64,000 nucleotides of DNA from a bacterium. Its GTDB lineage: Bacteria > Orphanbacterota > Orphanbacteria > JBJXGV01. The stretch covers positions 5,644 to 69,643 of the forward strand of contig JBJXGV010000010.1 of NCBI GenBank assembly GCA_046160485.1, written 5' to 3'. A program made the translations under genes and the position numbers. Within the stretch, counting starts at the first letter, position 1. Each line of letters starts with the position of its first letter. The notes under the pieces were generated by a model. That model was not told the origin of the DNA and did no database searches. It was given only the letters and a program-made list of their open reading frames with translations. Shown in pieces: positions 26,370 through 35,080 of the stretch.

Positions 26370-29081
26370 ATGAACCGCCACGTCAACGCGATCGCTGGGC
26401 GTCTGAGCCTGCGCCCGCCGCAGAGGCGCTCTCTCGAGATTCTCGACCGCATCACTGAGATCGCGCCGCCGAAGAAGGGCGCGGATGTGGCGGCGGCGCT
26501 CGACGCGATTCGCAGCGAATTCCCGCAGGTCACGGACTTCGAGCGCGAGTTTCCTTCAGTCTGCTTCGCGCTCGCGACGGGCGTCGGCAAGACGCGGCTG
26601 ATGGGGGCGTTCATCAGCTACCTGCGACTCGCGCACGGCATCAATCACTTCTTCGTGCTGGCGCCGAACCTCACGATTTACAACAAGCTCATCGCCGACT
26701 TCACGCCGAACACGCCGAAGTACGTCTTCAAGGGAATCGCCGAGTTCGCGACCGAGCCGCCGAAGATCATCACGAGCGACAACTACGAGTCGGGCGCGGG
26801 GCTGCGACCGGCGCTGGTTCCCGGGTTCGAACGCGAAGTGCACGTGAACATCTTCAACATCTCGAAGATCAACTCGGAGGTGCGCGGCGGGAAGTCGCCG
26901 CGTATCAAGCGGCTTTCGGAGTACATCGGCGAGAGCTACTTCGACTATCTGGCCGGGCTGCCAGACCTCGTGCTGCTGATGGACGAGTCGCACCGCTATC
27001 GCGCGAGCGCGGGTGTGCGCGCGATCAACGAGCTGAAGCCAGTGCTTGGTCTGGAGCTGACGGCGACGCCGGTCGTGGAGACGACGAAGGGCGCGGTGCG
27101 ATTCAAGAACGTGATCTACGACTACCCGCTCGGCGCGGCGATGGCGGACGGCTTCGTGAAGGAGCCGGCCGTCGTCACGCGCAAGAACTTCAATCCGGCC
27201 GGCATGCTGCCTGAGGCGATCGAACGCATGAAGCTCGAGGACGGGCTGCGGCTGCACGAGAGCGTGAAGGTCGATCTCGAGACGTATGCGCGCGAGAACG
27301 ATCAGGCCATCGTGAAACCGTTCCTGCTCGTGATCGCGCGCGACACGACGCACGCGGGCGACCTCGTGAAGCTCATCAAGTCTGAGAGTTTCTTCGAGGG
27401 GCGCTACGCGGACAAGGTGATCCAAGTCGACTCGAGCCGGAGCGGCGCCGAGGAAGAGGAGATGATCGAGCGCCTTCTCAAGGTCGAGCACGCGGACGAG
27501 CCGACGGAGATCGTGATCCACGTCAACATGCTGAAGGAAGGCTGGGACGTGACAAATCTCTACACGATCGTGCCGCTGCGCGCCGCGAACGCTCGCGTCC
27601 TCATCGAGCAGTCGATCGGCCGCGGCTTGCGGCTGCCGTACGGGAAGCGAACGGGCGTGACGTCCGTCGATCGCCTCAACATCATCGCGCACGACAAGTT
27701 TCAGGAGATCATCGACGAGGCCGGGCGGCCGGAGTCCACCATCCGGCTCCAGGCCGTCGAGATCGACGCCGACGAGCTTGCGCGGAAGACCGTGACCGTC
27801 GTGTCGCAGTCGCGACTCGCGACAGCGCTGGGGCTCGTGCCGCCGAATCTGACCGCAAGCACGATTGTGGCAGGTAGCGAGGAACCTCACGCGTTCACGA
27901 ATCCCGAAGACCAGAAGGTCGCGCAGCTCGTGTACGGGCAGATCCGCAAGCTCGAGCACCAACCGCAGCTCGTGCCGACAATCGCCTATTTGATGAAACC
28001 GGATGTTCAGGCCGCCATCGTGCGCGAAGTCGAGGCGCAGTACACACCCGCGCAGATGACGCTCACGGGCATCGTGGAGCGGCCCAACATCGTGGACGTG
28101 ACGGCTAAGACGGTCGCGCTCGTCGTTCGGGAGACGATCAGCATCCCTCGTATTTCTGTCGCTCCCACTGGCAACGTGACGTCGGGCTTCCGGCCGTTCA
28201 CGCTCACGCTCGACGCGCTAAACTTTGCGGCCGTTTCCGAAGACCTGTGGATTCGGCATCTGCGGACGAGTGAACTCGAAGTTCTGACACTCAGCGACTC
28301 GGGCATCGAAGAGGCGCGCCTCGAAGACTACATCGTGTTCGGATTGGCCGACTTCAACGACCTCGCGTACGACACACACGCTGATTTTCTCTACGAACTC
28401 GCAAGCCAGGCCGTGCGGCATTTTCGCGCCTACTTATCCGAGGACGACACGCGCAAAGTGCTTCGATGCCATCAGCGCGAGATCACGCGACTCATCCGCA
28501 GCCAGATGCAGCCGCACTACTGGGAAGAAGCAGACGGCTTTGAGGTGCAGGTTCGGCAGACGTTCACCGAGATGAAGCGAAGCGCCTACAAGCAAACGGT
28601 CGGCGAGCCAGTGCTCGACTTTCGCGCGTCGCCGAGGGACAAGAGCAACATGATGAGGTATCTATTCGGCGGGTTTCAGCGCTGTCTCAATCACGTCGAA
28701 AAGTTCGCATCCGATGCTGAGCGTAAGCTCGCGGTCATCCTCGAGCGCGACACGATCAAGTGGTGCAGGCCACCCAGAGGCCAGTTCCTGCTTTTCTACC
28801 GCGACGGTGCAGATCAACTCGAGTATCAACCGGACTTCGTTGCGGAGGCCGAGGAAGTGATCTACATGCTCGAGCCGAAGGCGAGCGATCAACTGAACGA
28901 TCCGATCGTTCTTGCAAAGAAGGACGCTGCGGTCACGTGGTGCCGCAACGCCGCGAAGCATTCGACGACATACGGCGGCAAACCATGGCGGTACGTCTTG
29001 ATCCCGCACGACCAGATCGCGGACAACATGACGCTCGAAGCGCTCGCGAAACGGTTCGGAACTAGAGAGACGGGCGCGTGA
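26370..29081 (+). CDS. res: Type III restriction endonuclease Res subunit
   Basis: 'LSLRPPQ', Walker A 'LATGVGKT', 'DESH', 'LTATP', 'LKEGWDV', 'EQSIGRGLR', C-terminal nuclease 'YQPDFVAE...LEPK'. Confidence 0.9.
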   Translation: MNRHVNAIAGRLSLRPPQRRSLEILDRITEIAPPKKGADVAAALDAIRSEFPQVTDFEREFPSVCFALATGVGKTRLMGAFISYLRLAHGINHFFVLAPNLTIYNKLIADFTPNTPKYVFKGIAEFATEPPKIITSDNYESGAGLRPALVPGFEREVHVNIFNISKINSEVRGGKSPRIKRLSEYIGESYFDYLAGLPDLVLLMDESHRYRASAGVRAINELKPVLGLELTATPVVETTKGAVRFKNVIYDYPLGAAMADGFVKEPAVVTRKNFNPAGMLPEAIERMKLEDGLRLHESVKVDLETYARENDQAIVKPFLLVIARDTTHAGDLVKLIKSESFFEGRYADKVIQVDSSRSGAEEEEMIERLLKVEHADEPTEIVIHVNMLKEGWDVTNLYTIVPLRAANARVLIEQSIGRGLRLPYGKRTGVTSVDRLNIIAHDKFQEIIDEAGRPESTIRLQAVEIDADELARKTVTVVSQSRLATALGLVPPNLTASTIVAGSEEPHAFTNPEDQKVAQLVYGQIRKLEHQPQLVPTIAYLMKPDVQAAIVREVEAQYTPAQMTLTGIVERPNIVDVTAKTVALVVRETISIPRISVAPTGNVTSGFRPFTLTLDALNFAAVSEDLWIRHLRTSELEVLTLSDSGIEEARLEDYIVFGLADFNDLAYDTHADFLYELASQAVRHFRAYLSEDDTRKVLRCHQREITRLIRSQMQPHYWEEADGFEVQVRQTFTEMKRSAYKQTVGEPVLDFRASPRDKSNMMRYLFGGFQRCLNHVEKFASDAERKLAVILERDTIKWCRPPRGQFLLFYRDGADQLEYQPDFVAEAEEVIYMLEPKASDQLNDPIVLAKKDAAVTWCRNAAKHSTTYGGKPWRYVLIPHDQIADNMTLEALAKRFGTRETGA

Positions 29082-29128
29082 ACCACTTCCCCCGACTCGT
29101 CACAGACGGCACCTAAGGAGTTCAACTC

Positions 29129-29713
29129 ATGGCCAAGACCGCTTCTACGATGCTCGCGCTCGGCACACCGGCGCCCGACTTCGCGCTGCCGGATGTCGTG
29201 ACGGGCGGCACGATTTCGCTCGAGACGTTTCGCGGCAAGACTGCGCTGCTCGTGATGTTCATCTGCCGGCACTGTCCGTTCGTGATTCATGTGCAGGATG
29301 AGTTGGCGCGCGTGGGGCGCGACTACGCGAGCACGGATCTCGGCATCGTCGCGATCAGCGCGAACGACGCGTCGGTTCACACCGAGGACGCGCCCGCCAG
29401 CTTGCGCGAGATGGCGCAGAACCTCGGCTTCACGTTCCCGCTCTGCTACGACGAGACGCAGGCCGTAGCGAAGGCATTCCGCGCCGCCTGCACGCCCGAC
29501 TTCTATCTCTTCGACGCGGCGCGCCGGCTCGTCTACCGCGGCCAGCTCGACGACGCGCGCCCCGGCAGCGACGCGCCCGTCACGGGGCGCGACCTACGCG
29601 CGGCGATCGACGCGACCCTCGCCGAGCGCGCGCCCGACGCGGCGCAGCGCCCCGGCATCGGCTGCAACATCAAATGGAAGCAAGGCAACGCGCCGGAGTA
29701 CTTTGCCACATAG
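29129..29713 (+). CDS. Thioredoxin-family (AhpC/TSA-like) protein
   Basis: 'MFICRHCPFV', 'ACTPDF', 'YRGQLDD', 'GCNIKW'; TAAGGAG RBS. Confidence 0.9.
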   Translation: MAKTASTMLALGTPAPDFALPDVVTGGTISLETFRGKTALLVMFICRHCPFVIHVQDELARVGRDYASTDLGIVAISANDASVHTEDAPASLREMAQNLGFTFPLCYDETQAVAKAFRAACTPDFYLFDAARRLVYRGQLDDARPGSDAPVTGRDLRAAIDATLAERAPDAAQRPGIGCNIKWKQGNAPEYFAT

Positions 29714-29739
29714 GAGAGTGCCCACATTAGGAGATCGCA

Positions 29740-30303
29740 ATGCGCGACGACGATCACTTCCTCAGCCACAGCGTCGTGTTCAACATCCATCTCCGAAATT
29801 TCGTTCTGGCGAACAGCCCCGACGTCGTGTGGCTATTCACCGATGATGCCGACGCCCTTCTCGCGCGCTTTTGGAACCGAACGGCCGCCGGCATCGATGA
29901 GCCTCATCGGCGACCCGCGGCTGGACTGACCGGGCTGTCCATACACCGCGTCGAGAACCACCTGACTCGCGTGATCGCGTTTCCGCCGCCCGAGAGGATG
30001 ACCGAGAACTACTTCATCGCGATCGCGTGCCCTCCGGAGAATGAGCGCGGCGATTCGCCGGAGCGACCGCCCCCAACCCCGCGATACTTCACGCTCGAGA
30101 TGGGCCACGAAAGCCGGAAGACGGGAACCGTGCTAGCGGAGTGGACGCCGCATGCGCACCTGAACTACGGGGAAGGGCCCGAACCGAAAGAATCGGCCTT
30201 CTTGGCGTGCGTGGCACGCCTTCTATCCGGAGACGTAAAGGTTGACGCCGCATTCATGCGACCGACGCCCCCCACATTGCCGCGCGACGAGACCCGACAC
30301 TGA
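29740..30303 (+). CDS. Hypothetical protein (187 aa)
   Basis: AGGAG RBS, intact ORF co-oriented with thioredoxin; no family recognised. Confidence 0.5.
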   Translation: MRDDDHFLSHSVVFNIHLRNFVLANSPDVVWLFTDDADALLARFWNRTAAGIDEPHRRPAAGLTGLSIHRVENHLTRVIAFPPPERMTENYFIAIACPPENERGDSPERPPPTPRYFTLEMGHESRKTGTVLAEWTPHAHLNYGEGPEPKESAFLACVARLLSGDVKVDAAFMRPTPPTLPRDETRH

Positions 30304-30363
30304 CAAGATGAGCTACAGAGAGGCGAGCGCCTCTTGGGCCATCGCCGACGCACGCGCGGATAA

Positions 30364-30528
30364 GGCGTTCAGATCGGGATCGTCAACAACACCGATTCGA
30401 TGTCGGGCTTTCAGCTCGCGTTCATCAACGTGGCGCGAAAGATGTACGGCCTGCAGATCAGGCTCCTGAACATCATCAACGAGAAAGAGAACTTGCCGAT
30501 CCTGCCGATCGTGAACTGTAACTTCCAA
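30364..30528 (+). pseudogene. Relic of an LA_2272-type GxQxGxxN repeat surface-protein C-terminus
   Basis: Frame reads GVQIGIVN...GFQLAFIN...GLQIRLLNII...LPILPIVNCNF; in-frame TAA immediately upstream, no N-terminus. Confidence 0.55.
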
Positions 30529-30538
30529 CGAGGCGGCA

Positions 30539-32122
30539 CTAGCTCGCGAGGCGCTCGCGCATGGCCTCGGCGCTCGCGTCGAAGCGCGCGCCGGCGCGCG
30601 GCAACATCGCGCGGTAGAACGCAACCGCGATCGCGAAGGCCGCGGCCTCGCCCGCGAGGAGCGCCGGCGCGCCCGACGCATCGAGCGCGAACCAGACGCC
30701 CGCCGCGGCGACCCAGATCGCGAGCCCGACGACGGCGCCGGCCAGACCCCCTGCCTGATCGACGCGATCGAAGTTGTAGAAGTGGCGCGGCGCGGGCGCG
30801 CGCACCGACACGACGTTGCCCCACGCGGCCGTGAGCACCATCGCGCTCGCGACGCACAGAAACATCGTTAGCGCCGAGGGGGCGCCGAAACGCGCGGCTC
30901 CCGTGACCCACAGCGGCAGCGTCTGCATCGCGACGAGTGCGAACGCGGCGACGTTCTTCGACGCGATGACGCGGGCGCCGTCGAGGGGCAGCAGCCGGTA
31001 GCGGTCGACGCCGCCGCGATCGAGGCCGAACGCGTTCAGCGGGATCGCCATTTCGGCAACCGCGACGAGCGACGCGAGCCCGAGGAGTGCGATGTCGGGC
31101 GGGCTCGCGCGCAGCGCGAGGAACACCGCGCCGCCAGCGCCGATCGCGAACCCCATCCACGCGTCCATCGTTCGCAGGAGGTAGCGCAACTCCTTCGCGG
31201 CCGCCGCGCCGAACGGCGCCGACACGAACGGCCAGCCGGAGATCGCGCGCGTCTTCCGGCCGGCGCTCGCGACGCCGGCGACGGGATGAAGGAGCATGCG
31301 ACGCACGCTCCACACGGCGACGCCGAACGCCGCCGCCGCGAGGGCCGCGAGCGCGGCGATCGACGCGGCCGCATCGCGCCCCGCCGCGGCGCGCGCGGCG
31401 AGCGACGCGGGGCTCCAGCGCCCGAGCGCGACGAGCGCCCCCTCGGTGCCGCTGCGATTCACGAGGAGCCATTGCTGGTCGCGATAGCGCATCACGAAAC
31501 CGGAGTCCTCGAGCGCGAAGTCGATGCGCGCGGCGAACACGACCGCCACGATCAGCACAAGAAGGAGCGCGGTCGCTGCCTCGCGCGCGCGGCGGCTCGC
31601 GAGGATCGCCGCCGACGCGAGCGCGATCGCCCACGACAGAAGCGCCGACACAGCGACGAAGAGGGCGCCGGCGATGGCGCCCGCAAACGGGCTCGGCGCG
31701 ACCGCGAGCGGAATGAGCGAGAGCGCCGACAGTATCGCGAGCGCCACGTAGACCGGCTGCACGAGCGCGCCGGCGATCGTGACGGCGAAGATCTGCGCGG
31801 CGGAGAGCGGGAACTGCGCAAGCCGCGCCGGCGCGAAACCGGGGCGCGCGATATCGATGCTCTGGAGCAGAAGCGGAACGCAGATCCACGCGAAGAGAAG
31901 ATTCGTCATCGTGGCGTTCGTCAGGAGCAAACCCATTTCAAGCTCGCCTGCGCGCAGGCGCGACGCGGCGGCGAAGCAGAGCGCAGCATGCCCCGGAAGC
32001 GCCAGCACGCAGATCACCGCGAAGATCGCGACCTCGGCGCCGCGCATCGCGCCGCGCCGCGCAAGGCCCCGCCAGTACGCGCGAAACTGATACGGCAGAA
32101 GCGCCGCTACGACGTGAGCCAC
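30539..32122 (-). CDS. Putative ABC exporter permease
   Basis: About 12 TM segments, 'AAKELRYLLR', 'NAFGLDRGG'; downstream of and overlapping ABC ATPase. Confidence 0.7.
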   Translation of the reverse strand: MAHVVAALLPYQFRAYWRGLARRGAMRGAEVAIFAVICVLALPGHAALCFAAASRLRAGELEMGLLLTNATMTNLLFAWICVPLLLQSIDIARPGFAPARLAQFPLSAAQIFAVTIAGALVQPVYVALAILSALSLIPLAVAPSPFAGAIAGALFVAVSALLSWAIALASAAILASRRAREAATALLLVLIVAVVFAARIDFALEDSGFVMRYRDQQWLLVNRSGTEGALVALGRWSPASLAARAAAGRDAAASIAALAALAAAAFGVAVWSVRRMLLHPVAGVASAGRKTRAISGWPFVSAPFGAAAAKELRYLLRTMDAWMGFAIGAGGAVFLALRASPPDIALLGLASLVAVAEMAIPLNAFGLDRGGVDRYRLLPLDGARVIASKNVAAFALVAMQTLPLWVTGAARFGAPSALTMFLCVASAMVLTAAWGNVVSVRAPAPRHFYNFDRVDQAGGLAGAVVGLAIWVAAAGVWFALDASGAPALLAGEAAAFAIAVAFYRAMLPRAGARFDASAEAMRERLAS

Positions 32123-32871
32123 GACAGCTCGGGCGGCGCGGCATCGCGCGCACCCACCGACTCCGCGAAGAGATCGTCGAGGCGCCGCCCCGATGCGCGC
32201 AGCTCTTCAAGCGTGCCCTCCGCGACGATCCGCCCCTTCGCGATGATCGCGTAACGATCGGCGAGCCGCTCCACGATCTCGAGGATGTGCGACGTCAGGA
32301 AGATCGTCACGCCGCGCCGCGCGAGCGTCGCGAGCAAGAGGCGGATCTGCTTCCCCGCGATCGGATCGATTCCCTCGAACGGCTCGTCGAGGAAGAGCGT
32401 CGTCGGATTGTGAATGAGCGCGACGGCGAGCGCGAGCTTCTTGCGCATTCCGTGCGACGCGTCCACCGCGTAGGTGCCGCGATCGTCCCAGAGATCGAGA
32501 AGCCGCAGGAGATCCTCGGCGCGCCGCGCGGTTTCCTCGCGCGCGAGGCCGTAGACGCTGCCGACCATCGTGAGGTGTTCCCAGAGCGAGAGCCGGTCGA
32601 ACAGCGCGAGGTTGTCGGGGACGACGCCGATCTCGCGCTTCACCGCGAGCGCGTCGGTGCGGATCGAGCGGCCGCCGATGAGCGCGTCGCCCGAGTCGGG
32701 AGCGAGGAGCCCCGTGAGCATGCGCACCGTCGTCGACTTCCCCGCGCCGTTGGGCCCAAGAAAACCGAACGAACATCCGCGTGGAATCGCGAGGCTCACG
32801 TTGTCGACGGCGACGCGCGCACCGAATCGCCGCGTTAGCTCGCGCAGTTCGATCGCGTGCGCCGCCGTCAT
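32107..32871 (-). CDS. ABC transporter ATP-binding protein
   Basis: Walker A 'GPNGAGKS', 'SHGMRKK', Walker B 'LFLDEP', 'TSH'. Confidence 0.95.
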   Translation of the reverse strand: MTAAHAIELRELTRRFGARVAVDNVSLAIPRGCSFGFLGPNGAGKSTTVRMLTGLLAPDSGDALIGGRSIRTDALAVKREIGVVPDNLALFDRLSLWEHLTMVGSVYGLAREETARRAEDLLRLLDLWDDRGTYAVDASHGMRKKLALAVALIHNPTTLFLDEPFEGIDPIAGKQIRLLLATLARRGVTIFLTSHILEIVERLADRYAIIAKGRIVAEGTLEELRASGRRLDDLFAESVGARDAAPPELSWLTS

Positions 32872-33965
32872 CGCGCGAGGAACCATTCCACGAGCTCCGC
32901 GTCATCGACGATCGACCAAGTGTGCGGCGACGACCCCGACTCGAAGCCGTCGCGCGCTTGATGTGTCGTGACGAGTTCCGCGTCGACGCTTCCCAAGAGC
33001 TTCAGGTCGTTGATGAACGCGGCGAGGTCGATGGAGTTGATCTGGTAGTAGCTCTTACGGCGATTCTCTACCCACCAATCGACGTCGGGCTCGTGGTAGG
33101 CGCGGACCGGCAGGCCGACCAGTTCGCGCGCGCGCCCGCCGGCGTCCGCCGAGAAGACGTACGGCGAGTACTCGACGTAGCGATCGAATCTCTCGCGCGG
33201 CGTTCCGCCGAGGTTCGTCTCGAGCAGGTAGTTCACCCAGCGGCCCTCATCGGCGGCGGCCGCGTGGAAGTTGTCGCGCGTCGCGCGGCGGCACGACTCC
33301 CACATGCGCACCATGTCGAGCGGCGCGTCGACGACGGCGACGCCGGCGACTCGGAGCGCGGACGCCTCCGGGTGCCGTCGCACGTGAAGCGCGATGCGAA
33401 GCGCGCGCGTCCCGCCCAACGACTGCCCGGCAAGATACACGGGAGCGCCGCGCACTCCGTTCTCCGCGAGCGCCGCTCCGATCCGCGCGACGACATCCGC
33501 CGTCGTTGCGTCATCGAAGTAGAAATCGAGCGGGTTACCAGTTGTGATTCGCAGGATCGCGAGCCCGCGCGCCAACGCTTCGCGATCGAACGACCCGACG
33601 GGAGGCACGCCCTCGCCGATCTTGACGCGCCACCCGTCGGGGAAGACGACGACTCCGACGGTTGGCGCGCCGCCGCCCGGCAGAATGAGTCCGAAGCCTT
33701 TCTCAGTGAGCGGTATCGCGCGCTCTGGCTCGGGGCCGATCCGCAGGAAACCGTCCTGCGGCGAATAACGTTCGATCACTTTCGGGAGCGGCAGCTCGTG
33801 CGCGGTGTCGTGTGCGGTGCCGTGTGCGCCGGCGCTCGCAAGCGAGTCCGCGGCTGGCCCGCGTTCGACGGCCCGCGCTCGCGGCGGCGCCATCGCGAGC
33901 AACGCCGCGAGCGCCGCGCAAAACATCCATGCACCGCGAATCGAAAACTTCTCGGAGAGACGCAT
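32868..33965 (-). CDS. Secreted alpha/beta hydrolase
   Basis: Signal peptide; nucleophile elbow 'GQSLGG'; C-terminal 'PHTWS'. Confidence 0.7.
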   Translation of the reverse strand: MRLSEKFSIRGAWMFCAALAALLAMAPPRARAVERGPAADSLASAGAHGTAHDTAHELPLPKVIERYSPQDGFLRIGPEPERAIPLTEKGFGLILPGGGAPTVGVVVFPDGWRVKIGEGVPPVGSFDREALARGLAILRITTGNPLDFYFDDATTADVVARIGAALAENGVRGAPVYLAGQSLGGTRALRIALHVRRHPEASALRVAGVAVVDAPLDMVRMWESCRRATRDNFHAAAADEGRWVNYLLETNLGGTPRERFDRYVEYSPYVFSADAGGRARELVGLPVRAYHEPDVDWWVENRRKSYYQINSIDLAAFINDLKLLGSVDAELVTTHQARDGFESGSSPHTWSIVDDAELVEWFLAR

Positions 33966-34100
33966 CTGTGAACCTCCGCGTTGAGGTCGCTACGGCGCGG
34001 ACGAGTATACCCGCCGCACGCGGGAACCGCTGCCGTCATCCGCGCGGATCGCGGCAAGAATCGGGTGGTTGCGGCGCGAGCGCGCGAGTAACGTACGCGA

Positions 34101-35045
34101 ATGAACCCGCGCCAAGTCGATCCGCGAAGCGACGATAACGAAGAAGCTGCACCGAGCGCCGCGCACCATCCGTGGGCCGCCGCGTTTCACCTCGGCGTCG
34201 TCTACATCGTCTGGGGCAGCACGTATCTCGCGATTCGTTACGCGGTGCGCGAGGGCTCGGGCTTCCCGCCGTTTACGATGAGCGGCATGCGCGTCGCAGC
34301 CGCCGGCGCGATCCTCCTCGCGTGGTCGGCGCTCACGCGCAAATCGCTGCGACTTTCGCGCGATGAACTTCGTGTACTCATTGTCTCAGGGCTTTTGCTC
34401 TGGGTCGGCGCGAACGGGCTCGTCGTCTGGGCCGAGCAACGCGCAAGTTCTGGCTACGCGGCTCTCCTCGTCGCCGCGATGCCGATCTGGACGGCGCTCA
34501 TGGTTGCGATCATCGATCGCCGGGCGCCGTCGCGCCTCCTGATCGCATCGCTCCTGATCGGATTCGCGGGGATGGGCGTGCTTTCCGCGCCCGCGCTCCT
34601 ACACGGCGCGCGCGCCGACGTCATGAGCACCGTCGCGCTCCTCATCGCGCCGATCAGTTGGAGCGCGGGCTCGCTCCTCCAGCAGCGCCGCTCGGTGCGC
34701 GTCGCCGCGGAGGTCAGCTCCGGCTACCTCATGCTCTTCGGCGGAATCGGATTCGCGATCGTGGCGCTTCTCACGCGCGAGCCGCTCCCGACGCCGACAC
34801 CATCCGCGTGGATCGCATGGGCGTATCTTCTCGTCTTCGGCTCGCTGCTCGGATTCACGTCGTTCGTGAAAGCGCTGAAGATGCTGCCGACGAACGTCGT
34901 TATGACGTACGCCTACGTCAATCCTTTGATCGCGGTGTTGCTCGGCTGGGTTTTCTTGCGCGAGCCGCTAACACTTGCGACGTGGATCGGCACCGCGCTC
35001 ATTCTCGCGGGAGTCGCCGGCGTGTTTCGCGCGCGGCAATCGTAG
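34101..35045 (+). CDS. EamA/DMT family transporter
   Basis: 'VYIVWGSTYLAIR', 'YAYVNPLIAVLLG'; about 10 TM. Confidence 0.92.
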   Translation: MNPRQVDPRSDDNEEAAPSAAHHPWAAAFHLGVVYIVWGSTYLAIRYAVREGSGFPPFTMSGMRVAAAGAILLAWSALTRKSLRLSRDELRVLIVSGLLLWVGANGLVVWAEQRASSGYAALLVAAMPIWTALMVAIIDRRAPSRLLIASLLIGFAGMGVLSAPALLHGARADVMSTVALLIAPISWSAGSLLQQRRSVRVAAEVSSGYLMLFGGIGFAIVALLTREPLPTPTPSAWIAWAYLLVFGSLLGFTSFVKALKMLPTNVVMTYAYVNPLIAVLLGWVFLREPLTLATWIGTALILAGVAGVFRARQS

Positions 35046-35080
35046 CGCGCACCCCGCGTGTCGGGGCGGCGCGCCGAACG

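Noticed and set aside
18196-29081. DISARM or BREX
   Set aside because: No DUF1998, PLD, PglZ or BrxC genes; Mod and Res motifs indicate type III R-M.
18100-29130. Integrative element boundaries
   Set aside because: No integrase, transposase, tRNA or att-like repeats were found by eye.
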